64,000 nt of DNA from Lama guanicoe. Taxonomy: Eukaryota. Position 1 is the first letter of the stretch. Every line of letters begins with the position of its first letter. The DNA is taken from the NCBI GenBank assembly GCA_013239625.1, contig MU055549.1:6575693-6639692 (forward strand), read 5' to 3'. A program made the position numbers and the translations under genes. The notes beneath the pieces are model-generated. The model was not told where the DNA came from and ran no database searches. It worked only from the letters and a program-made list of their open reading frames with translations. Of the stretch, positions 46,057-60,225 are shown piece by piece.

Positions 46057-47828
46057 GCACACACAGCGGTGGCACAGACATCGCTTTCTTTCGAACGTGT
46101 TTCACCTCTTTTATTCCCCAGCGTAGGACAGCAGGCCAGGTTGTTCTGTCTTGTTCGTTAGTCCTGCTGCTTTTCTAGAATCTGGCTTGGAGACTAGCCC
46201 TCAGTCAGGGTCGAGTGACATCATTTTCTGGCGGGCAGGGCTCTAGATGGCTTGGTGTGGTGACGCTGCAGCGCTCAGGTTAGCTGGCCTGTGCTCGCTC
46301 CTCGGGCGCCTCACGGACCCTGTCCCCCGCCCGGGCCTTGGTGCCCTACCTGCAGAACAAAGAAAGCTCCCTTCCGGAGAAGGGGAGACTGACACAGGGC
46401 TCCCAGGGACCAGATCATAAAATCTAGCATCAGATAGGGGTTCTAGGGTGTTCCAGGGGAGACGTCTGGGAGCTACGGGTCACAGGTGATTGCGGGACAG
46501 TGCCAGGCACAGCCGAGCCCCTCCCTGTGAGGAGATGGGTGTGAACCAGGAAACCCACTACAGGGTCCAGACCTGCTCTGAGGCTTCTCTCCCCTTCCTC
46601 CCCAGAAGCCCACCCTTTTCAGCAGAACAGACAGCAGTCCTGGAGCGACTGCGGAGGCCCAGCTGCACACTGAGGGCTGCTCCTGGCTTGGGGAAGCGTC
46701 TCTGCGTCCTTCCCCTGGGGCATCCCTTCGTCTCTCTGCTTCTTCCCAGGCTCACAGTGTTGGTGTAATGTGTGGGACATTGACCTTCACCTTCCTTTAC
46801 CCTCCAAGAGGGGATTGGGCTCACGTAAGCGTGGCCAGCAGATGTTAACGAGCCTTGTAGGGCGGCCTTACGAGCATTGGGGTCAACGGGGACTTTAAGG
46901 CCAAGAGTGCTGGGATCGATTAGTGTTGCCTGCCATGAGCACAGGAGGAGAAAAGTGGTGGTTCATTTGTATTCCTCATCCAGGTTTGCTTTACTTTCTC
47001 CTCTTCTTCAGTCCTGAATACACCAAGGTTCGTTACGGCCATTCAGCTTCGGCCTGAATTGAATTTTGAGATGTTCCAATTTAACTTATCGTTGACTTCA
47101 GCATCTTGGCCCTGATTGAAGCTGACTTGGTGTTGCTGATTTTGAGGCACCTGGAGGAAAGCTATTTCTTCCATAAGCCAGATTCCCTGTGTGTTTAGAG
47201 CTCCCTGAGGGAGTGACCACAGCTGGCTCCTCTCTGGGTCCCTAGAACCAGACCCGGTGCCCACGTGTCAGAGTTTGGCGGTAAGGAATTGGAAAGGAGT
47301 GAGGACAGATCGGACCTTAGGGTCCACTTTGGAGAGGGCAGCCTCAGCGGCCAAAAGCCATGGGCCAGTGTCCACCTCAGTGCCTGCCCTTTACTCCTGC
47401 CTCACCCAGGAGCACGCTGTGATTTTTATCTAGCAAGACCTAAAGCCAGAAAGCGCTCTCGGTCCTGAGCGCCCAGGCTGTAGGTGCATCGTTCCTGGGT
47501 CATCGCCTCCAACCAGAGCTGTTTCTGCCCAGGATCTTGAGCCGGCCAGAAAGGACGTGCCTCTGCGCTGCTCAGGGCAGGGTGCAGGGAGGAGGATGCC
47601 TCTTGGGGGCGTTGGGGTGCTTGTTGGGTGCGAAACGAGGCAATCTGAGAAGGATCGGGTTCTCTGCTGTACAAGGAACACACGCATCTCTGCGTACAGC
47701 CAAGTTTCCAAAATCAAACTGGCCCGGCAGCATCCCAGGCCGGCCTGGAGGTGTGGCAAGGACGTGGACACAGCTCCTTCGTCCTGGGAGAGCTGCAGGG
47801 ACACTGCAGAGAAAAGCTTGTTTGCCAG

Positions 47829-47871
47829 ATGAAGAGGCAGATAGTAATATGGAAAGGCGAGATCTCCAATG
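47829..47871 (+). CDS. CTBP2: Candidate alternative first coding mini-exon of CTBP2 (MKRQIVIWKGEISN-G)
   Basis: ATG 47829, 14 codons + 1 nt, donor ATG|GTAACG phase 1, in frame with 53710. Confidence 0.4.
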
Positions 47872-50800
47872 GTAACGACATTTTTTTTTTTTAAACCTTA
47901 AAATAGTGCCAGGCTTAGCAGCACATGTTTGATTACGAATCACTGCCTTGCAGCCGCCCTCTGACCCGCCCGTTCACCTTCATGTTCTCCTGTGCTTCTC
48001 CCCTGAAAGGTGAGGGGAGCTCCTGTGGGGGCAGGCACCTCCTGGGATATCCGGGGACAGTCACTGCCTTTGCTCACTTTCCAGATCTGCTTTCTGAATA
48101 AACTCCAGCCAACTGCCGAACATTTGTTGTTGACAGTTTAGAACAGTTTTTATAACGTGGATAAACATGTTTACAAAGCAAGGGAGGCCTCTCACCTCGA
48201 CACAAAGCTCTGCGGCCTCCTTTTCCAGACAGGGTTCTGACACCCCAGGCCCCGGCTGGACGGGTGGACCCTGCAACAGAAGTGTGTTTGCGAGTTTAAA
48301 GCCGAGTCTCAGAGAGGGGCTCCTGGTTTATGCCCCAAGGTCAGCATCTGATTCCCAGTTTGGCTCCAGTCATAAGTTTCAGCTTCCAATTGTGGGGCTG
48401 CAGGCCTGGGAACTAGGCCGCTTCTCAGCCTCTAGCCTTCGAGAGATCGGGGCTACTGAGTCCAGAAACTAAGGGTTAGGCCGTGCTGTGTGGCGGGAAG
48501 TGGCCTTTTAATCGGGGAGCAGCTGCATTTAAGGGGAAGCTGTTCCTGGTGGGATGCGAGACGTGACCAGAGCCTTGTGAAGTGGTCCAGGCTAGAGACC
48601 TGCAGATGCGGGGCTGCTGAGGCCCTGCCCGCCCAGCCTAGCCCCCTAGGCAGTGTGGGGCTGTGTCTCCTGTCCCCACCTTGGCCACCTGCGCGTGAGG
48701 AAGGGATTTAGGTGTGCTGCCTTCTCCCTTCCAGACACCTTGCAGGCCCTGGGGGCTGTGACCCAGTTGACTGATTGCTCCAGAGCGTCTTGCTAAAAGT
48801 GCAGGGCAGTGCATTTTTGTCTTCGGTCTTTCTGAGGCCTGCATGGGTCTCCTGTCTGTAGACCTTTCCAGGTCCTTGTTCTGATGTCAGCTGTCAAGAC
48901 AACTGTTGTGCCACCCAGAGAACCCCAGCAACTGCCTTTGGGACCCAGAGGCTCCCTGCTGCATCCCACCTGCAAGACTGTGTTCTCTGACCCCTGAGCA
49001 GCAGTGCATTTGGGCTGCTTGGCAGGTCCTTTGCCCTCAGGGTCCCAGCCCCATGTGTGCGTCCTGTGGGGCCCTCAGGGGGCAGCCCCACCATACTTGG
49101 CCATCCCCTGCCCGGTGAGCAGGGCAGTGACCCTCACAGGCGGGGCCGTCAACCCTCCCCACCTGTGACCGTTATCCCGCGGTCCTGGCCAGTCTAGCGT
49201 GGGGGTTTTGAGGCTGCTGCGGCGTTGGGATGCTTCATAAAATCTGCTCGGTTGTTAAAAGGGGCTTCTCTGCCCGCTGGGTCAAACACCATTATTGCAG
49301 CCACTGTCCTTTGGGGTAAAACTGCTCAATTCCTGAAATTCGGAAGCAGCAAAATCATGTCCCTGAGACAGTTCGCTTCTTGAGTTTCAACAGAAACCAG
49401 CTCAGACCTCGGGAAATGATGTGTGGTTCTGTGGAGAAGGTGTCGACTGAGCTCACACAGTGTCCGGAAAGGCCACAGGGCGGCTCTGCGTGCCCGGACC
49501 ACGTCACCCATTTGGCCGCTGCAGCCCTGTTGGCCTGTGTCCCCTGGGCAAGGAGCAGCTCCCGCAGAGAAATCTGGTGCTGCCATCCAAGCAAGGTGGC
49601 ATCAAGGCTGGGTGGCTGGAAAGCTACCAGCGTCCTCCCGGGGGGCCTCCTCTTGCCAATTCGTGAGGCCTTCGGGCTTGATACCCCCTGGACCACTGGC
49701 CACTCTTAGACAAAACTCCAGCAACTCAGCTTGGTGTTTTCTTTGTTTTCCACTGAGGGTCCCTTAATTTCACAAGTACTTGTGTGCAGCTGTAGCTCTA
49801 AGCAATACGAGGCCCCAGGGCAAGTGTCAGAGCCGGGCTCGAGCTGGGGCGCTGCACCCCGGCTTGTGCAGAGGCAAGCCTGAAACCAAGCAGGTAATTG
49901 GCGCCAGGGGAGTCCCCTGCGTTTTCTGCCCTGCAAAGTTAACGCTGGACAGGCTGTCCGAAGCCGGGCACCGATACAGTTCTGTGATGTGCCCGCTTGC
50001 AGCTGCGACGGTTCTAAAATGGATAGAACGAGTTCATCAGTGGGAAGGGAGGCTGCACAAAGGGAACGGTCAGTCTGACCAGAGGGCCACCAAGACCCTC
50101 TGACCCTCATCAGCAGTTGCTTCCACAGACTCAGCTGGGTCCCCGGTGCTGTGTAATTGTTCCCCTTTTGTTCCTTGGTGTGGGATGTGGTCACTGGGAG
50201 CTTGTCTCCCTAACTGCAAAATGGGAATGAGAGCAGCACTGATTGAGTCCTGCAGTCTTGGGTTCTGTGGAGTTTGTCCCTTGGGGCTGTGCTGTGTCTA
50301 GTAGTTGGTAGCCTAGCTTTTGATAACAAACCCCAGTTCTTAGTGAATTCTTGTTAAACATTGTGTCTTGCCTTTCTCCCCTAAATTCTCCTGACCATAG
50401 AAGGAATAGAGCAGCCCCTCCAACCTGGGAGCCAGCCCCCGAGCTGGCACCCTGTTTTCCGTGGTCGCTTTTAAAGGGCCATTTGCCATCTTAATATACA
50501 TAGATCTTAATCCATAATGTATAAGCTGTATCCTAATAGACTGAAAATTGTTCATATTAGCAGAGGCATTGAAGGGTATGTCGATTAATGTGAGGTGAGA
50601 TAAAATGTCTAATTGCAGCATCACCTTCCTGGCATTTCCCGGGGTCTTCTGAGACCCTCTGCCTCCGACGCCAGTGAGACCACAGGGACAGACAGAGGGT
50701 GCTGGGCATGGTGGCTGAATTCAGCTGGATTCCGAGATGTGTGGGTGGGTGGGTCCCTTCTGGGACTGAGGGAGCGTGTGTGTATAGCACAGCCCCTTTC

Positions 50801-53660
50801 TTTATAGAAGCGAACCTTGGCATTGGCTGGCTAAGCTGTCAGCCTCAGTGCTGGGGTCTCATGCGGCCCCTCAGAGCCCGTCCTCAGCAGCCTTACACTG
50901 TGGTCTCTGCCCCTCATGCAAGACACCTGTGAGTCTCGTCTGCTCCCACCCCCCACCCACCCATCTGTCCCCACTCAACATCCTTCTCCAGCCCGAGCAG
51001 CCCGAGCAGCATGATCCCTGCCACATCTCGTTTCCTGCCTCACCATAAAGAGCTTGCAGTCAGTACCCAAGCCTAGGGCCTCTGTGGGGAAGCCTGTGGG
51101 TCTCGTGGACCGGCCTCAGCGGCGTTCTGCGTGCCCAGCCAGAACGAGGGCAAAGGGTGGGTTTCGCCAAAGAAAAAGGAGACCCAAGTCGGGGAGGGAG
51201 GCAATCGCTAGGCAACCTGGAGTTTGTTTCCCAGGTAACGGGATGCGTGCGTTGATGCTGTGGATGGACATGTTGTGGTGACGGCCCCTCCGCTTCTCCA
51301 GATGCCTGCCTTGTGCCCACTGTCGTTTTCCTCTGTGGTTGCTTTTTAATTAACAACTCAGATTTCTATTCGTGGTCGTGAACTTTGCAAACATTGTCTG
51401 ATTAACCCTCTTGCTAGGACCCCCAGGAGTGAAGTCAGGGTGTTCTTCACCCTGTGGGAGGGACAGCCTGGGGCAAGTGAGTGTGTCTGCCCACACGGTC
51501 ACCTTGGGCTTCATAGTGGGTGTGGGGAGAGGAGGAAGACTCTGGTGGAGAGAACGGGTCCTTCATGGTCATCGTGGCAGAAGGGGAAGAAGTAGGAGCT
51601 CCCGTGTGTGGACACTGAGTTGGCACCCGCCGCCCCACTTGGCAGCCTCTTCCTCCTGTGAAGTACTTCCCACCTTATTCCTCTGCTTCCTTGTCTGTTG
51701 AAGAGGATGGTGGTGTTTTCTCGTGGTGAAGTGAGGGGGCGTAGGGCTCCATGTGAAGTGGCTGCTCACCCACTTCCTGTGCCGGGGGCTTGGGCAGGGG
51801 GGCTCCAGGGGTCCTGTCTGAAGACGTCACCCTTGGTCTTTGGGGAGCCTTTTCCCCAGTTGCACACAGCACTTCAGCCTCTCGTGGACCTGTCAGTTGG
51901 GCAGAGGGGTGCTAGCAAGGGACCCCAGTAAGCAAACAGCCTTGATGCCACGTTCCTCGCCTTCTGTGTGGGTTGAGAACTAGTGAGGACATTGGGTAGA
52001 GGAGCCCTATTCCTGCTCGGACAGAGGATGTTGGGGCTCCCTGTCACCTGGAGTCCCCAGTTTGGGGACCCGGGTCCTGAGGAGGCAGTAGGAGTTCAGC
52101 TGCCACTCTCAGGCTTGGAGGGACTGTCATCACCTGCGAGCCCCAGCCCAGAGGTGGCCTGCTCCCCCCAGCCACCGTTGCCCGTTCTTCTGAGACCAGG
52201 ACAAAAGCCTTTTCTCTGCTCCGCATTCAAAGAGATGATTGTCCCACGATGCTGCAGCTGAGTCGCGGGAGTGCCGCTCCGGGCAGCGGGCGTGCGGGTG
52301 CCCAGGGGCCTCCCCCTCCGCGGGCATCGCTAATGGAAACATGCCCACAGGTCCAGACTGGGGGTGGGGGGGATGGGGGTCCCTCTTTCAGCTTCTGTCC
52401 CCAGTGTGTGGCTGACTGGGTTGTGAACTCGGGCAGTTCTGGGCTGGGAGGCGGAGGCCCCGCAGATGAGCAGCCGGGTTATCAGCTCCTCTTTGGCCCG
52501 TGGGAGCCCAATCAAGCCTGGGGGCCACGGCGGCCACCAGAGAAGAGGACGAGTAGGTTCCATGCGGGAGGAAGGACACAAGATGGGCCGAGCCCCGCCC
52601 TGGTACAGTGGCCACGATCAGGGTGTATTTGAACATCTGACAGCTGTCCTGTTCTGACTTGTAATTTGTGACGTCAGAGACACTTCTGATTCGATGAGAA
52701 AATGGGAGTTGCCCTGTCCCGTCCAATTCAGTGTTGCACTGTCTCCAAAAGTCCAGGGTGGTTCTCACGTGCCCAGGGTGTGGATCATGGTGATTCGACA
52801 TTGGGGCCAAAATCTGAGACCTTCCAGTGTGAACTTGAAAGGAATGGTTTTCTTAGAAAATGCTGCTTCCCTGTCACCGAGGATGAGCAGCCTGGGGCTC
52901 AGGCTGCTTCTGGGCCCCTGTGCGCACCTCGAGGTGGGTCCACGTGTCAGGGCAGACGCGCTGCCCTCCTCATTTGGGCTGGGGACCTCGCAGCCACGCT
53001 GTCTGCACTGAGGTGCCGCCCCCCCCCCACCCAGAACTAGACATGAACCGCCCCTGGCTGGTCTCGGTAGCTGACAAGTGGTGCTAGTCGTGGTCCTTTG
53101 AGAACTTCCATTTGCTCTTTGAGGCCCCAGCAAGCCCCTTGCCCTCAGACACACTCGCCTTCACAGCTGCCTCAGACTGGCTCCTCACCTGGCCCAGGTG
53201 AGGGGCGCCTGGTCCCCAGGGGTTTCCTCCAGGGAGCCCCCGTGGAATGCTGCCACCTTCTCTTGTCCCTGCCTTTTCATTTTAGCCCCTCGTGCTTGTC
53301 TGGAGGGCAGTGGGGACAGCTGGGGACGGAGGCACAGTGGTGGGGCCGAGAGGAGCCTGCTTCGGCTTCAGGCAGCCGTGGACCAGGCCCCCTCGGGTGC
53401 CTGCAAGGTCTCTGGGCCTTAGTGGTCTCGGGGCGGGCGGGTGGCCACCGTGCTGCCCTGGTGGCAAGAGCAGTTGGGCGCGATGGGACTCCTGGGCCTG
53501 AGTCCCAGATGGCAGCGGAGCTAGAACCCCAGCACTTCCCGGTGGGCTGCATGTGTGGCCACGTAGGGAGGCCCAGCAGACAGCACCTTAGCCTCGTCCC
53601 AGAGCCCTCCCAGGAGGGAGGCGTGTGGTTGGCGGGGTGGCAGTACCTCACTGCAGGTGA

Positions 53661-54152
<492 letters not shown>

Positions 54153-54155
54153 TGA

Positions 54156-54560
<405 letters not shown>

Positions 54561-57500
54561 TGAGTGGTCTCACTTGGGGAGAACCTGAGGCTAGATGAGC
54601 CACGGGCCCATCGCGGCAGAGGGGATGGTGTGAGTAGCCACACACCTGTGTTGGCCGGCCCGGACCCATCACCCTGAAATTACTCGTGCTGGGTGCACAG
54701 CTCAGGGTTCCCAGGGCGGGAGGAGGCCCCGTGTCTGGGTCTCCTCCAGTCCTGGGATGGAGCCATCCCCTCAAGGGCTGCCATCCACGCAGGAACCTTC
54801 CCAAGGTAGTGCCAGTGCAGGCGGACCACCACCCAGCACCTCCTGCCCAGCCCTTGCCTTTAGGGGTGTGCAAAGAGGAGCAGAGGCAGCAGATGGACAC
54901 TCCGAGGCAGGGTTCCCAGCTGCTTTCCGCACCTCTGGTTGCCAGCACCCTGAGAGAGGGCCTCGGCGTGGTGGCCTCCCTGTCTCGGCACCTGGCGTGG
55001 ACTCTGAGTGCAAGGTGCCTTTGCAGGGGCAGCGGGCGCCAAGCTTCAATAGGAAAGGTCCCCAGGCTGCTGTTCTGTCTTTGGAGGGGCCAAGAAGGTC
55101 CTTCTAGACAAGCCCCTCTCTGGTCACCATCCTTGCTCTGATTTTGAAATAGCCAGTCCTGCCCCCTGCACCTGGTGTGGAGGGCTGTGATCTGCCCGGT
55201 GCCCTGAAGCCATGAGGCTGATAAGAGGGACTGCAAAATGGCTGGGAACCCAGGCCTTTATGCCCCGGCCTGCCCCATCCCTAGTCAGCCCCTCAGCCCT
55301 AGGGCTCCAGGGGCAGGCTCGGGTATGCAGTGCCTTGCACAGTCAGCTCAGCATCACACCTGAGCTCTGGCACCGACAAGCGTGTGACCTGACAGTTCTG
55401 GCCGCAGCCCACAGACACCTGCCTGCTGCCTCTTCAGCCGCGGGAACCCCGCTGGGCTTCGGTCCCAGCCTGGGGGTCGGACTGAGGGGCAGGGATTTGT
55501 GTTAGAGGTTTGTCTGTTCGCTGCCTTGCACTGGGGCCGTGCTCACGTACGTGAGCTGCAGGGTGAGTCTCGTGAGCGCAAGCAGGATGGGGAGCCGGGC
55601 CATGGTGGGCCTTTTCTAAGTGGTGCTGAGTCCGGTCTGTTTCTTGGTGATGGGGCCCGGCTGCTCTGCGAAGTGGCAGGTGGTCCGGGAACGTGGCTGC
55701 AGCAGGTTGGGGTTGCCCCCTAGGGGGTGGTCATTGCCCCGAGGGTGCTGTTCCTCCCTCCCCCATCCTGGAAGTGGGGAGCTGTGCAGCAGGTGGCTCA
55801 GGTTGATCCCAGTTTTTCTGGGTGCCCCCTCAGCCAGACCCCATCATGTCAGCCCCACCAGGGGTCGTCGGGCCCTGTACGAGAGAAGGGGTCACACTGG
55901 ATTCCAGACTCATTACGGGGTCTGGGGAAGTGGCTGCTCCCCACGTCCGCCCGAGCCTCTGCTTCCAGCCCCGGCATCACTCTGAGCCCCTCTTTGTTGC
56001 CACAAAGAAACTTGGGATGACGTGAGTCTTCAGAAGCATGTCTGATATAAACTAAAATTTTCCATTTTTCCCTGGCACCGAAAGAATGTTTTTGTTTGAA
56101 AACAAATGTTCTTTGTGCTCTCGAGCTGAAATCCCACGTTCCAGCAGAGACGGAGAATGTGGCTTGAGCACCAGGAGACTTTCTGGTCCTTTCCCTTCAC
56201 ACACCTCCCGTCCCCACAGCCTCTGCCCCTTGCGACACCCCAGCCTGCAGCGTTTGTGACATCGGACTTCCTTCCCGGGACCCCACCACTTCTCTCTAGG
56301 GAAGGATGGGAGGTGCTGGCAAGTGAAACTTCCTGTCTCTGCAGTTGCAGAAGCTGAACCCACAGGCAGGGGCTGGGCCCGGGTCAAGGAGGCCGGGTTC
56401 CCAGAGTCCACCCACAGAGGACAGCCAGTCTTGAAAGATGTACACGGCAAGTCTGCGGTGGCCTTTTCACTGACTCTTCCAATCTGATAAGGAAGCTGCT
56501 TGGGGACATCTGCTGGGCCATTTTGAAGAGCAGTTTTCAAACGTGGACTCTGTAGAAGGAAAGTGGGTGTCTGTCTGTCCAGCCATCCTTGGTCTCCAAA
56601 TGCCCTTCGCAGCTCGTTTGGTCGGCTGATCCGTAACGAGGACAGAAGAGCAGGCAGCTCAGGGCTCGGCCCTTCCTGACAAGGTCCGGGCCTGGGCCGT
56701 GTGCTCCCAGGCGGGCAGCTCCCCTCCAGCGCACGCAGGCCGTTCATGAAGCCATCGGGGCCCAGGGCCACCTGCCGCGGGTGAGGACGATGCCTGGGCT
56801 GGTAGAGGATTTCCCCGTCTGTGGTGTGACCCCAAGGTCCAGGAAGAAGCAGCGGGAGGTGGAAGGTGCTAGAGAGAGCCGGGGCCCAGGACACGGGCTG
56901 AGCATTCTCACTCTGTGAGCCTTTCGCGTTAGTCTGCTGTCCAGTCTGGTCCAGTTCAGAAGGCGTTAGAGCAAAGAGCAAAAGCGTGGACTGAGAGGAA
57001 AAGCAACTCGGCTGTTGGGTCTGGACCTTGGGGTCCATGCGGGCTGCAGCGCTGCTCTGCGAGCGCTGGCAGCTGGTCCTGATGGTATTTGGGGAATCAC
57101 CTTGAAAGCATGGAGACTGAATAGGAACCCCCTTAAGCAGGGTGGGCAGGCCTCTGGCATTTCTGCCATCAGGGAGGAGGTCCCAAGGGAGGCCGGCAGC
57201 GCCCCCTCCCAGTCCTTGTTTCCCAAGCCCGGGTACCCGCTCTCCCAGACCTTGGTCTCAGGCTCCCAACACAGAGCCAGGAGCTAAATTTAAAACCTCT
57301 AGTGTGAGTGGAGAGATGTCTGCACTCAGTTCCTCATCTGCTGGGTGGGCTGATCAACACTTCATCTCGTGGCCCCGAGGATTCTTTCATTGGCTTCATC
57401 GCGTCTTGTCCCGCCTCCCAGGCGCCACCAGTCCCCTGGGCCCAGGCAGTTGGCTGTGTCTGCAGTAGACAGTCCACACTCGGCTGTCCTGCTGGTGGAC

Positions 57501-59117
57501 CTTCCCCATGGGAACAGATGGATCCCCGTGGAGGAACGAAGATTGTCCCAACTGCCAAAAGATTTTCTTAAACCTCTGGTGTCTGCCTGCATCTGTCCAG
57601 TGATTCCGAGACTTCTAGTCTAGCCCCAGATTCTGTGCTTGGTGAATTCAAAGCAAGTGGGTGTTGTAAGATGACTGACCTCCAGCTTATGGAAAGTTTG
57701 TCCACCTGGATCTCAGACACTGCCCCTGGCCCGTGGCTGTGGCCAGGCGGGGCCGGGGGGCACTGTGCTGGAGGAGCTTGCCCTCTGAGAGCTGTCTGTT
57801 CTCCTGCGGGCGGCCCTGGGACTCTGTGCCTCTGGGCGCCTCGTACGGGGGACGGTGCAGCTCCTAGAAGGGATGCTCCGCACGGTTGGTCCGGTTTTCT
57901 GTCCAGGGAGCTGCAGGTGCTCTCTGCCTCGGCCCCGCCCTGAGGAGACAGTGGAATGCACGGCTGCCTTACACGTGGCCTGGCCCTGCGTCCCTGGGTG
58001 TCTCTCCCTGGGTCCCAAACCTGGGATTAAGAGGGAGCCTTGTGAGCTGGGCCACCACACTGCCTGGACAGCAGCATCCCTCAGAAAGTTGCTTGACTGG
58101 CAAACCAGATTGCCCCCGCCACTCAGCCCCATCTCTGGTGAGGCCCCTCTGCTCTCTGCTGCATCCCAGCCCTTGCCGGGAGGGGCTAGACCTAGGCCTG
58201 GTGGGCAGCAGGAGGGGACTGTCCCCAGCCCGGCCCTCTGTGTGCCCACCCCTCCCACATCTGGCAAACATTCCCATCCCTCCCTAAAACAGCCCCCACT
58301 GAGGAAGGTCAGCGCCCAGGCCTTCCCTGCCTGAGACTTGGGCCAGTTCTCCCTGAGCCCCTCAGCCTCAGGCCCCTGGTGCCAGGAGCCTCCTGAGCAT
58401 CATCCCTGTTCCTCACACAGCCTGAGGGCTCATCTCCACCAGCTGCTCTTAGCCCTAAAATCCCTTTCAAAAAGCAGGGCAGGTACCCTGTCTGCTCTGT
58501 GTTCTTTCTTCCGGAGCAGGATGGTGATTAGGGCTGAATTCAGACATCAGCTCCATGCTGTGCAGCCCATGGGCCCATGTTGGGGTGAAGGTGTTAGTTT
58601 CTAAATTTTCTCATTCTTTTAAAGAACAAGCAATGACATGTTTATTGCATTAGACTCTTAAAATACCATGAAACAAAGAGCCAGTCTGTTACCCCAGCCC
58701 CACCCTGTGGGGAGGACCCCACACGGTGCATCTCAAGGAATCTCTGGGCTTCTGGACCCCATGGCCTGTCAGGAGGGGCCCCTGTACACTGGCTTCCCGC
58801 CACTCCAGGACTGAATGTTAGGGTTCACAGGTTTACAGTTTTCCTGGCACTGGGTGTGGATGGTGGTCAGAGCTGGCCACCTCCCCACTCCAGTTGCCCT
58901 CTGCTTGCTTCGTAGAGAATGGGGTCCGGAAGCACTGGGTGGGCAGGACATGGGGTCAGTGGGAGGCTGGGGGCTGAGCCACACGTTGTTGTCTGGGAGG
59001 GATGTTGGGGCCCAAGGCCCCTGAGCATCAGAGTCAGAGGGTCTGTGTCCTCCTGGCAACAAGCAGGCGTCTGGTGATAAGGGACCCTGACCTGCCCAGG
59101 GCCACACCTGCAGTTAG

Positions 59118-59960
<843 letters not shown>

Positions 59961-60124
59961 GGATTCGGCTGTTGTCCACATGAGACTCAGCTGGCGACCC
60001 CAGGAGGGCCTGGGGCAGCTTACCCAGGAGGTGAGCTGGGTGGAAAGCAGCCCGATGGCGCGGCTGTGAACAACACAGGGCTTGAGTTGAGCCCCAACAC
60101 TGCAAACAGGAGGGTGCCTTGCTT

Positions 60125-60225
60125 ATTGGTGCCGAATCTCAGCTCCCCTTTACCAGCTCTGTGACCTTGAGTGAAGTCCTCAGCCTCTCTCTGCCTCAGT
60201 TTCCCAGCCTGTAAATTGGGGGCCA
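60125..60225 (+). mobile_element. MIR SINE fragment
   Basis: gaatctcagctcccctttaccagctctgtgaccttgagtgaagt...ctctctgcctcagtttccc...ctgtaaattggg. Confidence 0.75.

Noticed and set aside
56052-57038. 328-aa minus-strand ORF and other 150-240-aa intronic ORFs (e.g. 3358-4020, 13870-14559, 43781-44458, 53277-54008, 54535-55236)
   Set aside because: Pro/Gly/Arg/Ser-rich translations typical of GC-rich non-coding DNA; no recognisable family or exon structure.
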